53,813 bases of DNA. Source: Actinomycetota bacterium (GTDB taxonomy: Bacteria > Actinomycetota > UBA4738 > HRBIN12). The DNA lies in the NCBI GenBank assembly GCA_038211015.1, contig JBBQVZ010000002.1:1-53813 (forward strand). The letters run 5' to 3'. The notes below the pieces were generated by a model. The model did no database searches. It was not told the origin of the DNA and was given only the letters and a program-made list of their open reading frames with translations. Made by a program: the position numbers and the translations under genes. Positions 25,757-36,421 of the stretch are shown piece by piece; position 1 is the stretch's first letter, and the number at the start of each line of letters is the position of its first letter.

Positions 25757-27321
25757 AGGAAGGCAACGTAGCCGACGGCAACACCGTACGGATCTTCGAC
25801 ACGACACTGAGAGATGGCGAGCAGGCTCCCGGCATCGCGCTCACGCGGGCCGAGAAGGTCGAGATCGCCGAGCAGCTGGCACGGCTGAACGTGGACATCC
25901 TCGAGGCCGGGTTCCCGGTCTCGTCGGAAGGTGAGTTCGACGCCGTGACCGAGATCGCGTCGAGCGTGCACGGCCCGGTGATCGCGGCCCTCGCGCGCAC
26001 CACCGAGGGAGACATCGTTCGCGCCGCGGAGGCCCTGAAGGGGGCCGAGAGCTGGCGGATCCACACGTTCATCTCGACGAGCCAGATCCACATGGAGGAC
26101 ATGCTCCGCATGTCGCACCGGCAGGTCCTGGACGCGATCAGGGACAACGTGAAGCTGGCGGTGAGCTACACCGACGACGTCGAGTTCTCGGCGCAGGACG
26201 CGACCCGGACCGAGCTGGACTTCCTGCTCGAGTGTTTCCGGGTCGCGGTGGAGTGCGGTGCGACGACGATCAACGTCCCCGACACGGTGGGGTACGCGAC
26301 GCCGACCGAGTTCGGGGAGCTGGTTCGCGTCGTCCGCGAGGCCACGCCCGACGACGTCGTGATCTCGACGCACTGCCACAACGACCTGGGCCTGGCCGTC
26401 GCGAACTCGCTGGCCGGGATCGAGAACGGCGCCCGGCAGGTCGAGGTCGCGGTGAACGGCATCGGCGAGCGGGCCGGCAACTGCGCCCTGGAGGAGATCG
26501 CCATGATCGTCCGCACGCGCGGGCAGGCGCTGGGCGTGACGCACGATCTCAACATCAAGGAGATCATCCGGACGTCGCGGCTCGTGTCCATGACGACCGG
26601 CTACAACGTGCAGCCGAACAAGTCGGTCGTGGGGGCCAGTGCGTTCGCGCACGAGAGCGGCATCCACCAGCACGGGGTGCTCAGCAACCGCGCGACGTAC
26701 GAGATCATGGACCCGCTCGCCGTCGGCCTGGAGGGCAACCGCCTGGTCCTCGGCAAGCACAGCGGACGGCACGCGTTCGTCGACGCGTTGGAGAAGATCG
26801 GCCTCACGGTCGACAAGGAGCACTTGGACCGTGCCTTCGCGCGCTTCAAGGACCTGGCCGACCGGAAGATCCAGATCACCGATCAGGACCTGGAGGCGAT
26901 CGTCGGCGAGGAGCGAGGCTCGGCAGAGGAGGGCGTTCTCGTGCTCGAGTCGCTCCAGGTCGGCGGCGGCACGCACCTCTCGCCGAGCGCCACGGTCCGG
27001 CTCCGGCGCGGCGACGAGGTGATCGAAGAGTCGGCGTTCGGCGACGGGATGATCGACGCCGCGTGCGGCGCGATCCAACGGGCCGCCGGGGTGGAGGCGA
27101 AGCTCATCCTGTTCAACGTGTCGTCGGTGACCGGCGGGTCCGACGCATTGGGCGACGTCGTCGTGCAGCTCGACGTCGACGGCCGGCGCGTGACCGGTCG
27201 AGGCGTGTCGGTGGACGTGGTGGAGGCGAGTGCCCGTGCCTACCTCGCGGCCATCAACCGTGCTCTGCGCGTCTCGGCCACCCAGGAGCCGGCGGAACCC
27301 GCCGCGGAGCTCACGCGGTGA
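25753..27321 (+). CDS. leuA: 2-isopropylmalate synthase
   Basis: ATGA overlap with ilv[29 protein letters not shown], and a C-terminal LeuA regulatory domain. Confidence 0.9.
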   Translation: MKEGNVADGNTVRIFDTTLRDGEQAPGIALTRAEKVEIAEQLARLNVDILEAGFPVSSEGEFDAVTEIASSVHGPVIAALARTTEGDIVRAAEALKGAESWRIHTFISTSQIHMEDMLRMSHRQVLDAIRDNVKLAVSYTDDVEFSAQDATRTELDFLLECFRVAVECGATTINVPDTVGYATPTEFGELVRVVREATPDDVVISTHCHNDLGLAVANSLAGIENGARQVEVAVNGIGERAGNCALEEIAMIVRTRGQALGVTHDLNIKEIIRTSRLVSMTTGYNVQPNKSVVGASAFAHESGIHQHGVLSNRATYEIMDPLAVGLEGNRLVLGKHSGRHAFVDALEKIGLTVDKEHLDRAFARFKDLADRKIQITDQDLEAIVGEERGSAEEGVLVLESLQVGGGTHLSPSATVRLRRGDEVIEESAFGDGMIDAACGAIQRAAGVEAKLILFNVSSVTGGSDALGDVVVQLDVDGRRVTGRGVSVDVVEASARAYLAAINRALRVSATQEPAEPAAELTR

Positions 27322-28373
27322 CCCACACGATCGGGGTGATCCCCGGTGACGGAACGGGCCCGGAGGTCGTCCGCGAGGGCCTGAAGGTCCTCGACGCCGT
27401 CCGGCAGGTGGAGGGGTTCCAGGTCGATCTCGTGGAGTTCGACCTGGGAGGGGAGCGGTTCCTGCGGACCGGCGAGACGCTCCCCGACGACGATCTCGCC
27501 CGTCTGCGACAGATGGACGCGATCTTCCTCGGCGCGGTCGGCCACCCCGACGTGAAACCGGGCATCCTCGAGCGTGACCTGTTGCTGCGGGCACGGTTCG
27601 AGCTGGACCAGTACGTGAACCTGCGGCCGATCGTGCGCTACCCCGGCGTGCAAACGCTGGTGCCGTCCCACGGCGAGGACGACGTGAACATGGTCGTCGT
27701 CCGAGAGAACTCCGAGGGCCTCTACAGCGGCGCGGGCGGCTTCCACCGCAAGGACACCGAGCACGAGGTGGCGGTGCAGGAGTCGATCAACACGCGCCAC
27801 GGCGTGGAGCGGATCGTGCGGTACGCGTTCGAGCTGGCGATGCGTCCCGACCGGCGCCGGAAGCTCACGCTCGTCCACAAGACGAACGTCCTGACGTTCG
27901 CCGGCGACCTGTATCAGCGGGTGGTGAACGAGGTAGCTACGGAGTTCCCGGATGTTCAGACGGACTACGTCCACGTGGACGCATGCTGCATCTACTTCCT
28001 GGATCAGCCCAGTCGCTTCGACGTGATCGTCACGGACAACATGTTCGGCGACATCATCACGGACCTCGGCGCCATGATCCAGGGCGGGATGGGGATCGCG
28101 GCGGGCGGCAACATCAACCCGGCCGGCGTGAGCATGTTCGAGCCGATCGGGGGCACTGCGCCCGATCACACCGGCAAGGGAACCATCAACCCGTTGGCCG
28201 CGATCGGCGCGGTGCAGATGCTGCTCGCGCAGCTCGGCGAGGACGGCGCGGCGGCTCGGGTCGCCGAGGGCATCCGGTTCGCGTGCATCAAGATGGAGTC
28301 GATGCGCGCAGGGGAGATGGGCTATCCCACGTCCGGCGTCGGCGATCTCGTCGTGGAGAGGGCGACGGCGTGA
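27318..28373 (+). CDS. leuB: 3-isopropylmalate dehydrogenase
   Basis: GTGA overlap with leu[14 protein letters not shown] and [12 protein letters not shown]. Confidence 0.9.
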   Translation: MTHTIGVIPGDGTGPEVVREGLKVLDAVRQVEGFQVDLVEFDLGGERFLRTGETLPDDDLARLRQMDAIFLGAVGHPDVKPGILERDLLLRARFELDQYVNLRPIVRYPGVQTLVPSHGEDDVNMVVVRENSEGLYSGAGGFHRKDTEHEVAVQESINTRHGVERIVRYAFELAMRPDRRRKLTLVHKTNVLTFAGDLYQRVVNEVATEFPDVQTDYVHVDACCIYFLDQPSRFDVIVTDNMFGDIITDLGAMIQGGMGIAAGGNINPAGVSMFEPIGGTAPDHTGKGTINPLAAIGAVQMLLAQLGEDGAAARVAEGIRFACIKMESMRAGEMGYPTSGVGDLVVERATA

Positions 28374-29965
28374 CCACGACCGCCACGCGCCGGAAGGTGG
28401 AGCTCTACGACACGACGCTCCGCGACGGCGCGCAGCAGACCGGGCTGTCGTACTCCATCGAGGATCGCATGCGGATCCTCCACAAGATCGACCAGCTCGG
28501 CGTGCCGTTCATCGAAGGGGGGTGGCCGGGCGCGAACCCGCGTGACACCGAGTTCTTCAAGCTCGCGACGAAGGAGACGCTCCGGCACGCCGCGCTGACC
28601 TCGTTCGGCATGACGCGGAAGGCGGGCGAACGCGCGGAGGACAGCGCCGTCCTGCGCGAACTGCTGGATACCGGCACCGAGGTCGTGTGCATCGTGGGCA
28701 AGGCCTGGGACCTGCACGTGCGCGAGGCGCTGCGGACCGACCTCGACGAAGGGGTCGCCATGGTGCGCGATTCGATCGCGTTCCTGCGCAAGCAGGGACG
28801 CCGCGTGTTCTTCGACGCCGAGCATTTCTTCGACGGGTACGGCAGCGATCCCGCGTTCGCCATGCGCGTGGTCCTGGCGGCGGAGGAGGCCGGAGCGGAA
28901 CGGCTCGTCCTCTGCGACACGAACGGCGGGATGCTGCCGCTCGATGTCGCGCGGATCGTCGGCGAGGTCAACGCCCGGGTCGAAGCGGCGCTCGGCATCC
29001 ACGTCCACAACGATGCCGGGTGCGCGGTCGCGAACTCGCTGATCGCCGTGGAGCACGGCGTGTATCAGGTGCAGGGTGTGGTGAACGGCTACGGCGAGCG
29101 CACCGGCAACGCCGATCTGATCCCGATCGCCGCGAACCTGGTCCTCAAGATGGACGTCGACTGCCTGCCGGACGGCGCGGTCGAGCATCTGACCGAGGTC
29201 GCGCACTACGTCGCCGAGGTGGCGAACGTCGCCCCCGACTCGCACCAGCCGTACGCTGGCCGGTACGCGTTCACGCACAAGGCCGGACTGCACGCGAGCG
29301 GGATCGCCCGCCTGGAGGAAGCCTACGAGCACGTGAAGCCGTCGTCGGTGGGGAACCGACGCGGGGTGGTCGCGAGCGATCTGGGCGGCGCGGCCACGTT
29401 GCGTATGAAGGCCGACGAGTTCGGCGTCGAGATGCACGAAGGGGCGATCGCCGCGATCTTGGACGAGCTGAAGCAACGCGAGGCCCGCGGGTACACGTTC
29501 GAGGTCGCCGACGCCTCGCTCGAGCTGCTGATGCGGCGCGCGGGTGGCTGGGAACAGCCGTTCTTCACGATCGAGAGCTTCCGGGTGCACATCGAGCAGC
29601 GCATGGAGGACGCCGACGACGCACTCGCCGAGGCCACGGTCAAGGTCGTCACGAACGGCACCCGGCACATCGAGAGCGCCGAGGGCCACGGGCCGGTCGG
29701 GGCCCTCGACAACGCGCTCCGCAAGGCGCTCACGAACGAGTACCCGGCGCTCGACGACATGAACCTTGAGGACTACCGCGTCCGGGTGCTGGACGAGACC
29801 GTCGGGACAGGCGCGACCGTGCGCGTTCTGATCGACACGTCGAACGGCGAACGCGAATGGACCACCGTGGGCGTGTCGGAGAACATCATCGAGGCGTCGT
29901 GGGAGGCGCTCGTCGACTCGTACCTGTATGGACTGCTGCACCCGCGGGAGGATCAGCAGGCGTGA
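28370..29965 (+). CDS. cimA: (R)-citramalate synthase-type LeuA paralog
   Basis: GTGA overlap with leuB. VELYDTTLRDGAQQTGLSYSIEDRMRILHKIDQLGVPFIEGGWPGANPRDTEFF matches the CimA-type subfamily as I remember it. Substrate specificity cannot be read from sequence alone. Confidence 0.75.
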   Translation: MTTTATRRKVELYDTTLRDGAQQTGLSYSIEDRMRILHKIDQLGVPFIEGGWPGANPRDTEFFKLATKETLRHAALTSFGMTRKAGERAEDSAVLRELLDTGTEVVCIVGKAWDLHVREALRTDLDEGVAMVRDSIAFLRKQGRRVFFDAEHFFDGYGSDPAFAMRVVLAAEEAGAERLVLCDTNGGMLPLDVARIVGEVNARVEAALGIHVHNDAGCAVANSLIAVEHGVYQVQGVVNGYGERTGNADLIPIAANLVLKMDVDCLPDGAVEHLTEVAHYVAEVANVAPDSHQPYAGRYAFTHKAGLHASGIARLEEAYEHVKPSSVGNRRGVVASDLGGAATLRMKADEFGVEMHEGAIAAILDELKQREARGYTFEVADASLELLMRRAGGWEQPFFTIESFRVHIEQRMEDADDALAEATVKVVTNGTRHIESAEGHGPVGALDNALRKALTNEYPALDDMNLEDYRVRVLDETVGTGATVRVLIDTSNGEREWTTVGVSENIIEASWEALVDSYLYGLLHPREDQQA

Positions 29966-30486
29966 GCTCCGCGGGGGGCGTCGTCATCCGTGACGCGAAG
30001 CCATCCGAAGCCCGCGCGATCGCCGAGGTCAACGTCGCGTCGTGGCGTTGGGCGTATCGCGACGACCTTTCCGCCGAGCTCCTCGACGCCTTGTCGGTGG
30101 AGGACCGGGAGCGCGGGTGGAACGAGTGGCTCGCAGCTCGGCCCGGCGCCGCCACGCTGGTCGCCGAGGAAGGCGACCGCATCGTCGGCTTCTGCAGCGT
30201 GGCGCCGAGTGGCGATGAGGGCGCGAACGAACGTACGGCAGAGGTCCTCACGATCTACCTCCTGCCGGATGCCGCCGGCCGCGGGATCGGTCGCGACCTG
30301 TTCGCCTCCGCCGTCGATCGGCTCCGCACGTTGGGGTACGACCGGGCGACGCTCTGGGTGATGGCCTCGAACGACCGGAGCCGGCGCTTCTACGAGGCCG
30401 CCGGTTGGTCGTGGGACGGCACGACGAGCGAGCATCGCTTCGACTGCGCGAACCTGCCGATCGTCCGGTACGTGACCGACCTGTAG
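29962..30486 (+). CDS. GNAT-family N-acetyltransferase
   Basis: GTGA overlap with cimA. Acetyl-CoA motif AAGRGIGRDLF and C-terminal RRFYEAAGW. Confidence 0.8.
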   Translation: MSSAGGVVIRDAKPSEARAIAEVNVASWRWAYRDDLSAELLDALSVEDRERGWNEWLAARPGAATLVAEEGDRIVGFCSVAPSGDEGANERTAEVLTIYLLPDAAGRGIGRDLFASAVDRLRTLGYDRATLWVMASNDRSRRFYEAAGWSWDGTTSEHRFDCANLPIVRYVTDL

Positions 30487-30493
30487 GCGAACT

Positions 30494-31747
30494 TCATGTA
30501 GTGGGCGCCTTCGCCCGAGCACTGACGAGCTGGACGATCGCGTCCTCGATGCGGATCGCCTCGTCCTTGCTCAGGCCGTCGGACAGGATGGAGAACTCGA
30601 CCCAGTCCTTGACCTTGCGAGACCAGACCCAACCCGAGAGCGCGGAGATGTCCGTCAGCGTTCCGGTCTTCGCCCGGATCCGTGTGTGGCCGAGGCGTCC
30701 TTCGAGTGTTCCCTGGCCGCCGATCGGCAGGGCCGACCGGAGATCGGGTGCCCACGGCTGCTTTCCGGATGCCCAGAGCAGTCTCAGCATGCCCTGTGCG
30801 GTGACCCGGTTCGCGTACGAGAGCCCCGACGCGTCGCTGTGCTCGAATCGTCGGGCGCCATTCTCCGACGTGAACGCGTCGATCGCGGCGGCACCGGCCG
30901 CGATGGTCGCCGTTCCCGAGACCTCGGCACCGAGGACCTTGCCCAACACCTCGGCGTCGAAGTTGACGGAGTCGATGTTCATGCGATGGAGGATGTCGAT
31001 GATGGGTGCCGAGTCGATCGCGGCGATCTTGACCCGCGATCCGCCGGGTGAGCCCACCCCTGGCGGCTCCTTGACGGGTATCCCGAGTCGGCGGAGGGCC
31101 TTGGTGAGGTATCCGGCCGCCCGCAGCTCGGGGTCCTCGATGTGGCCGCCCTCCGGGCCGACGTTCCCGCGGAACGTGAGCGCGGTCGGTATCGCGACCT
31201 CGTCGTCGGGGAACTCGTCTTTCCAACCCGGCGCCCACCAATCGCGCTCGAACGGTCCGGTGTCGCCGATCACCGAGCCCTGGATCCGGGTCACGCCGGC
31301 GGCGACGATCTGTTGGGCGAGCGTGTCGAGCGCGTCCGGCCCGAGCTCCGGGTCACCGTGTCCCACGAGCCACAGGTCGCCGTCGATCACGCCCTCGAGG
31401 GGTGCCGCCGCCGCCATCGCGCGCGTCTCGATAGAGCGGTCGGGGCCAACCGCCGCGAGCAGCGCCATCGACAGGAGCAGCTTCTCGTTCGAGGCGGGCG
31501 CGCGTTTCACCCAGGCGAGGTGCCGGTACCAGGAGACGCCGTCGTCACCGATGGTCACCGACATCGCGTGGTCGCCGATCAGGGCGTCGATCCGACGTTG
31601 CCACCTGGGCTCGTCGGCCGGACCCGACGCGAGATCGTGACCGGTGGCGGGGGCGTGCCGGACGCCGGTCGCCGCCCAACCGGTGGCGGGGATGCCTGCT
31701 ACGACCGAAGCGACGAGCAGGACAACGAGGAGTGGTCTGGCACGCAT
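30494..31747 (-). CDS. dacB: D-alanyl-D-alanine carboxypeptidase/endopeptidase (PBP4, peptidase S13)
   Basis: Signal peptide MRARPLLVVLLVASVVAG. SxxK block ASNEKLL, SxN block DASGLS, and KTG block RAKTGTL. Confidence 0.85.
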   Translation of the reverse strand: MRARPLLVVLLVASVVAGIPATGWAATGVRHAPATGHDLASGPADEPRWQRRIDALIGDHAMSVTIGDDGVSWYRHLAWVKRAPASNEKLLLSMALLAAVGPDRSIETRAMAAAAPLEGVIDGDLWLVGHGDPELGPDALDTLAQQIVAAGVTRIQGSVIGDTGPFERDWWAPGWKDEFPDDEVAIPTALTFRGNVGPEGGHIEDPELRAAGYLTKALRRLGIPVKEPPGVGSPGGSRVKIAAIDSAPIIDILHRMNIDSVNFDAEVLGKVLGAEVSGTATIAAGAAAIDAFTSENGARRFEHSDASGLSYANRVTAQGMLRLLWASGKQPWAPDLRSALPIGGQGTLEGRLGHTRIRAKTGTLTDISALSGWVWSRKVKDWVEFSILSDGLSKDEAIRIEDAIVQLVSARAKAPTT

Positions 31748-31793
31748 GTTCGCACGATGGTACGAGGTCGATCCGGCGGAAGGCGGGAGGTGA

Positions 31794-34700
31794 CTACTGG
31801 CCCTGTGCGAGCGCTTCGACCTCGGCGTGCATCGCGTGGCGCTCCTCGAGCAGCGTACGCAACGCTCGCGGCGCGAGCGGCCTCGCGAAGAAGTAGCCCT
31901 GGCCCATGTCGCACTTGAGCTCCATGAGCCGCTCGAGCTGATCGGCCCGTTCGATGCCCTCTGCGACCGGTTTCAGGTTCAAGATGCCGGCCAGTTCGAT
32001 CACCGCGGCGGTGAGCGCGGACGATTCGCCGCCGTCGGCCACCTCGTCGATGAACGACTTGTCGATCTTGAGGATGTCGACCGGGAAGCGGCGGACGTAG
32101 TTGAGCGACGAGTAGCCCGTGCCGAAGTCGTCGATCGCGAGCAACACACCGAGCTCCTTCAGCTGGTTCAGACGCTCGATGGCGAGCTCCATGTCCTGCA
32201 TGACCATGCTCTCGGTGATCTCGAGGGTCAGGCTGGCCGCGGTCAGGCCGGTTTCGGTCAGGATGTCCCGCACCTCGTCCACGATCTCGGGGCGTGCCAG
32301 CTGCCGTGCGGAAAGGTTGACCGCCATGTGGAACGGCGGGTCCATGGGGAACTCGCTCTGGAGGTCCACCGTGTAGCGGCACGCTTCGCGGAGCACCCAG
32401 CGGCCGATCGGTACGATCAATCCCGTCTCCTCGGCGAGCGGGATGAACTCGAGCGGTTGCACGATCCCGCGGTCGGGGTGGATCCAGCGGATCAGGGCCT
32501 CGACGCCGGTGATCCTTCCCGAATCCAGCTCGATCACCGGCTGGTAGTGGAGGATGAACTCCTCATGCTCGAGCGCGCGCTGAAGGTCGGCCTTCAGCTC
32601 CAAGCGTCGCAGTGCCGTGTCGTGCATCGCAGGCTCGAAGACCTGATACCGACCCTTGCCCTTCTCCTTGGCCATGTACATCGCGACGTCCGCGTTGCGC
32701 ATGAGCGCCTCGGCCGCCTCCTCCTCGCCACCCTCGCCGGCCTCTTCCGAGACGGCGATGCCGACGCTCGCGCGGACGAACACCTCCTTGCCCTCCAGCG
32801 AGAACGGCTCCTCGAGCATCTGCATGATCCGCTCGGCGACGTCTGCGGCTTGGATCCCTTCTCCGCCGTCCTCCAGGAGGATCGCGAACTCGTCGCCACC
32901 GAGGCGCGCGGCCGTGTCGGCCGCTCGGAGCGCCTTCCGCAGCCGCTCGCCGACCTCCAGCAGGAGACCGTCGCCGGCGGCATGTCCCAACGAGTCGTTG
33001 ATCGTCTTGAAGTCGTCGATGTCCATGAACAGCACCGCGATCGGTTTGTGGTCGCGCTCCTGCCGTTCGATGGCGTGCAGCACGCGATCGCGGAACAGTG
33101 CCCGGTTCGCGAGATTGGTGATGGGGTCGTGGAAGGCCTGGTGCTGCAGTTGCTCCTCGAACTGCTTGCGTTCCGTGATGTCACGCGTGTTGAGGACGAT
33201 GCCCTTCACGTTGGGGTCGTGCAGCAGGCTCGTCCGCAGGGTCTCGGTGGCCAGGTAGGTCCCATCCCGGTGACGAAGGCGGAACTCCAGCAGCGCCGTG
33301 TCGCCTTCGCCGTCGCCAGCCGACGTCAGGAACGAGAGCACGCGCGTCTTGTCGTCCTGACGGACCAGGTCGATGAACCGCGTGCCCTCGAGCTCCTCGG
33401 GGCCCGATCCGAGCAGGCGTGACGCGGACGGGCTCGCGTAGCGGATCACGGTGGTCGGCTCGATGACCGTGACCACGTCCGACGAGTTCTTGACCAGGGA
33501 TGCGAACCGCGCCTCGCTCTGTTGGATGAGGAGATCCTCGGTGAGCGCCGCGCTCTCGAGCGCGAGCGCGACCTGCGACGAGAGCGCTCGGAGGCTGTCG
33601 GAAACGGAGGCGGGCATCTCTTGCGTGGTCGCGATCACCATCATGCCGCGGAACTCGTCGCGCATGAACAGCGGCGCAACCAACACGGAGCCCTCGACAT
33701 CGTGAGGGAGCAGGAGCGGCTTGCCGATCGTGCTCTCGTGCGATTGCACGACGTAGGCATCGCGGTCCAACAACCGCTGGCGTTTCCAATCCTGCAGGAT
33801 GTCGAGCGAGAATCGACGTCCGATCACGCCGGTCGCTTCGCCGTCGGCGGCTACCACGACGAAATCGTTCGGTCCGTCGTCGGACTCCTCGCACAGGCGG
33901 ATCGCCGCGTCCTCGCCCGCCAGGGCTCGTGCGGCGTCGATCGCGGCTTCGTGGATCGCCTGTCGGTTCGTCGCCGTCACGAGCGCGACGCCGACCTCGC
34001 GCAGCGCGCGTTCGCGTCCCGCCGACTTCTCCTGCTGACGGACGAGGCCGGACATCCTGGCGATCACGAGAAGGAAGAGGATGATCGAGGCGACGATCAC
34101 CACGAGCTGGTCGGTGCGTTGGGTGCCGGTCGAATACCGGCTCACGATGATCGCGTCGGTGAGAGGGGCGGTCAGCGACACCACCGCGAGGGCGGCGAGA
34201 CGGGTCCGGGACAGGCGGCCCTTCGTGTCGGTGGAGCGTTGCGAGAACGAGCGCACCGCGGGGTGCAGCGCCGCGGCGCCGAACAGCAGGTAGAACGCGG
34301 CCCACCCTCCCTCCAGGTAGCCCGTCTGGTTGTCGTATCCGCCATGGAGGCCGAACCATCCGTACATTGCGTCGGTCACGAAGAGCGCGATGACGGCGGC
34401 GAGCAGGAAGTAGAACGCCTGGTTCTTCTTGCCTCTGCCGACGGCGAGCCTGATGGCCCCGGTCACGAGCATGAGGTCCATCAAGGGGTATCCCATGGAC
34501 ACGAGCTTCTGCACGGTCGTGAGGGTCGTGTCGTGCGTGTACGGCGCGATCAGGAAGACCCACGACAACACGCCGACGCCGATGCCGACGATCAGCGAGT
34601 CGATGGCTCCGTCGCGGTCACGACCGGGATTCCGATGGCGGATCAACAACAGGATGCCGAGGAACAAGCAAGGGTAGACCGACAGATACAAGACGTCGCC

Positions 34701-34973
34701 GATCGACGGGTACGGCAGCTCCGTTCCGAAGAGCCGGTCGTAGTTGTACGTGATGACGTCTCCGGCCACGAAGAAGACCTGGCCCAACGCGATCAGGACC
34801 CACGGCAGCTTGTACTCGACGCGGTTGAGCCGAAGGGCCACCAGGATCACGACCGGAGACGACAGCGCGATGAGGTTCAACAGCCCACCGACGCGCATGC
34901 CGGGCACGAACAAGAAGACCAGGGTCGCGATCACCCCGGTCAGTAGATACACGAGCCATGCCCGCGCCCTCAT
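31794..34973 (-). CDS. membrane sensor / GAF / PAS / GGDEF / EAL protein (c-di-GMP turnover)
   Basis: Track ORF 31794..35648, trimmed to ATG 34973 (MRARAWLVYLL...). About 330 aa of polytopic membrane module, then a GAF-like region, PAS, an intact RLGGDEF motif and EAL blocks (EALIRW, DDFGTGYSSLNYV). Confidence 0.9.
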   Translation of the reverse strand: MRARAWLVYLLTGVIATLVFLFVPGMRVGGLLNLIALSSPVVILVALRLNRVEYKLPWVLIALGQVFFVAGDVITYNYDRLFGTELPYPSIGDVLYLSVYPCLFLGILLLIRHRNPGRDRDGAIDSLIVGIGVGVLSWVFLIAPYTHDTTLTTVQKLVSMGYPLMDLMLVTGAIRLAVGRGKKNQAFYFLLAAVIALFVTDAMYGWFGLHGGYDNQTGYLEGGWAAFYLLFGAAALHPAVRSFSQRSTDTKGRLSRTRLAALAVVSLTAPLTDAIIVSRYSTGTQRTDQLVVIVASIILFLLVIARMSGLVRQQEKSAGRERALREVGVALVTATNRQAIHEAAIDAARALAGEDAAIRLCEESDDGPNDFVVVAADGEATGVIGRRFSLDILQDWKRQRLLDRDAYVVQSHESTIGKPLLLPHDVEGSVLVAPLFMRDEFRGMMVIATTQEMPASVSDSLRALSSQVALALESAALTEDLLIQQSEARFASLVKNSSDVVTVIEPTTVIRYASPSASRLLGSGPEELEGTRFIDLVRQDDKTRVLSFLTSAGDGEGDTALLEFRLRHRDGTYLATETLRTSLLHDPNVKGIVLNTRDITERKQFEEQLQHQAFHDPITNLANRALFRDRVLHAIERQERDHKPIAVLFMDIDDFKTINDSLGHAAGDGLLLEVGERLRKALRAADTAARLGGDEFAILLEDGGEGIQAADVAERIMQMLEEPFSLEGKEVFVRASVGIAVSEEAGEGGEEEAAEALMRNADVAMYMAKEKGKGRYQVFEPAMHDTALRRLELKADLQRALEHEEFILHYQPVIELDSGRITGVEALIRWIHPDRGIVQPLEFIPLAEETGLIVPIGRWVLREACRYTVDLQSEFPMDPPFHMAVNLSARQLARPEIVDEVRDILTETGLTAASLTLEITESMVMQDMELAIERLNQLKELGVLLAIDDFGTGYSSLNYVRRFPVDILKIDKSFIDEVADGGESSALTAAVIELAGILNLKPVAEGIERADQLERLMELKCDMGQGYFFARPLAPRALRTLLEERHAMHAEVEALAQGQ

Positions 34974-35005
34974 GGCATGTGTATCGTCCGGCGGAGTGGC
35001 CAGCC

Positions 35006-36361
35006 TTAGACCGAAGGTTCTGGCGGCGGCGTCGGCCGTATGGGGGAGGCCGAACGCCCCACGACCTCGAGTTCCGGCGTGTCGTCGGGATGAGCCCCCT
35101 CCACGGAGCGCATGCCGGGAAGGAACAGGAACGACAGCGTCACGATCGCCCCGAGAACGCCGGCACCGATCAGGGTGTGCCGCGCGCCGAACAGGTTGGC
35201 GGCCGGTCCGGTCAGCGCGAACGACAGCGGAAGCAATCCGATCGAGATGAACCAGTCCAGGCTCGACACCCGCCCGAGCAGGTGGCGCGGCACGAGGCGC
35301 TGCTTGGTCGTCACCCAGACGATGGTTCCAGCAGTCTCGAGCGCGTTGAACAGGAAGCATGCGAGCATCGCCTGCCACGGAACGTGCGCCAGGCCGTAGC
35401 CGGCGACCGCGAGGGTCGACAAGGTCCACGCGATGTACATGAACGTGATGAATCGGCGCGGGGTCCCGCGCCGTCCCATGAACAAGGCTGCGCCGATCGC
35501 GCCGACCCCGCCCATCGCGAGGATGAATCCCAGGCTCAACGGGTTGCCTCCCCACCGGTCCTTCACGAGGAGCGGCAGCAACACCTCTTGCGGCCCGATG
35601 AACAACAGATAGGCGAACGCGGCGGCCAGCAACGTCCCCCACAACCACACCCGCTCACGCACGAAGCGGAATCCCTCTCGAACCTCGGCGAACGCCGTCG
35701 TGTGGGCACCTTTCGGCGGCGCTGCGATCGGGTGCGGGCTCATGAGCAGCAGCGCCACGATCGATATCCCGAACGTGGCGGCGTCGACCAGGAAGGCGCC
35801 GCCGGTGCTCCAGGCGACCAGGAACCCACCGAGCGCGGGTCCGGCGAGCCGCCACGCCGCAGGCCGCACGAACTGGTCCAGCGCGTTGGCTTGGATCAGC
35901 AGGTCGGTGGCCACCAGGTCGGGCACGATCGCGTCGAACGCCGGGCCGAAGAACGCGGTCCCTCCGCCGTAGAAGGCGGCGAGCACCATGAGGTGCCACA
36001 GCTCGAGATGTCCGGTCAGCGAGAGCACCCCCATCGCGCCCACGGCCACTCCGCGGATGAGGTCGGCGGCGATCAGGACCCGTCGTCGATCGAAACGATC
36101 GCTCACCACGCCCCCGATCAAGAGGAACAAGACGTTGGGGATCGTCATGGCCAAGCCCACGAGTGAGAGCGCCGTCGGTGCGTCCGAGAGCTGGTAGACC
36201 TGCCAGGCCAAAGAGACGATGAAGATCCCGTCCCCGACGAGAGACACGGTCATGCCCGACCAGAGCAGCCGGAAGTCCCGGTGCTTGAGCGGTTCGAAGA
36301 TGACGGGACGCCGTCGGCCCGACGGCCCCCCGCTCCCTCTCGGGTCGCGTTTCATCCCCAT
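35006..36361 (-). CDS. MFS transporter
   Basis: 451 aa with about 12 hydrophobic segments. N-terminal FRLLWSGMTVSLVGDG...VVSDRFDRRRV is typical of EntS-like MFS proteins. Confidence 0.85.
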   Translation of the reverse strand: MGMKRDPRGSGGPSGRRRPVIFEPLKHRDFRLLWSGMTVSLVGDGIFIVSLAWQVYQLSDAPTALSLVGLAMTIPNVLFLLIGGVVSDRFDRRRVLIAADLIRGVAVGAMGVLSLTGHLELWHLMVLAAFYGGGTAFFGPAFDAIVPDLVATDLLIQANALDQFVRPAAWRLAGPALGGFLVAWSTGGAFLVDAATFGISIVALLLMSPHPIAAPPKGAHTTAFAEVREGFRFVRERVWLWGTLLAAAFAYLLFIGPQEVLLPLLVKDRWGGNPLSLGFILAMGGVGAIGAALFMGRRGTPRRFITFMYIAWTLSTLAVAGYGLAHVPWQAMLACFLFNALETAGTIVWVTTKQRLVPRHLLGRVSSLDWFISIGLLPLSFALTGPAANLFGARHTLIGAGVLGAIVTLSFLFLPGMRSVEGAHPDDTPELEVVGRSASPIRPTPPPEPSV

Positions 36362-36421
36362 CGATTCGGTATCGGAGGCCGCGATGGGCTGCTTGACCCG
36401 CCACGGCCGCCCATGGCTACG

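Noticed and set aside
22188-29941. Long antisense ORFs across the ilv/leu operon (22188..23930, 24524..25807, 25519..27594, 27240..28169 and 28322..29941, all minus strand)
   Set aside because: They are opposite to ilvB, ilvC, leuA, leuB and cimA, have low-complexity Arg/Asp/His-rich translations, and have no start context.
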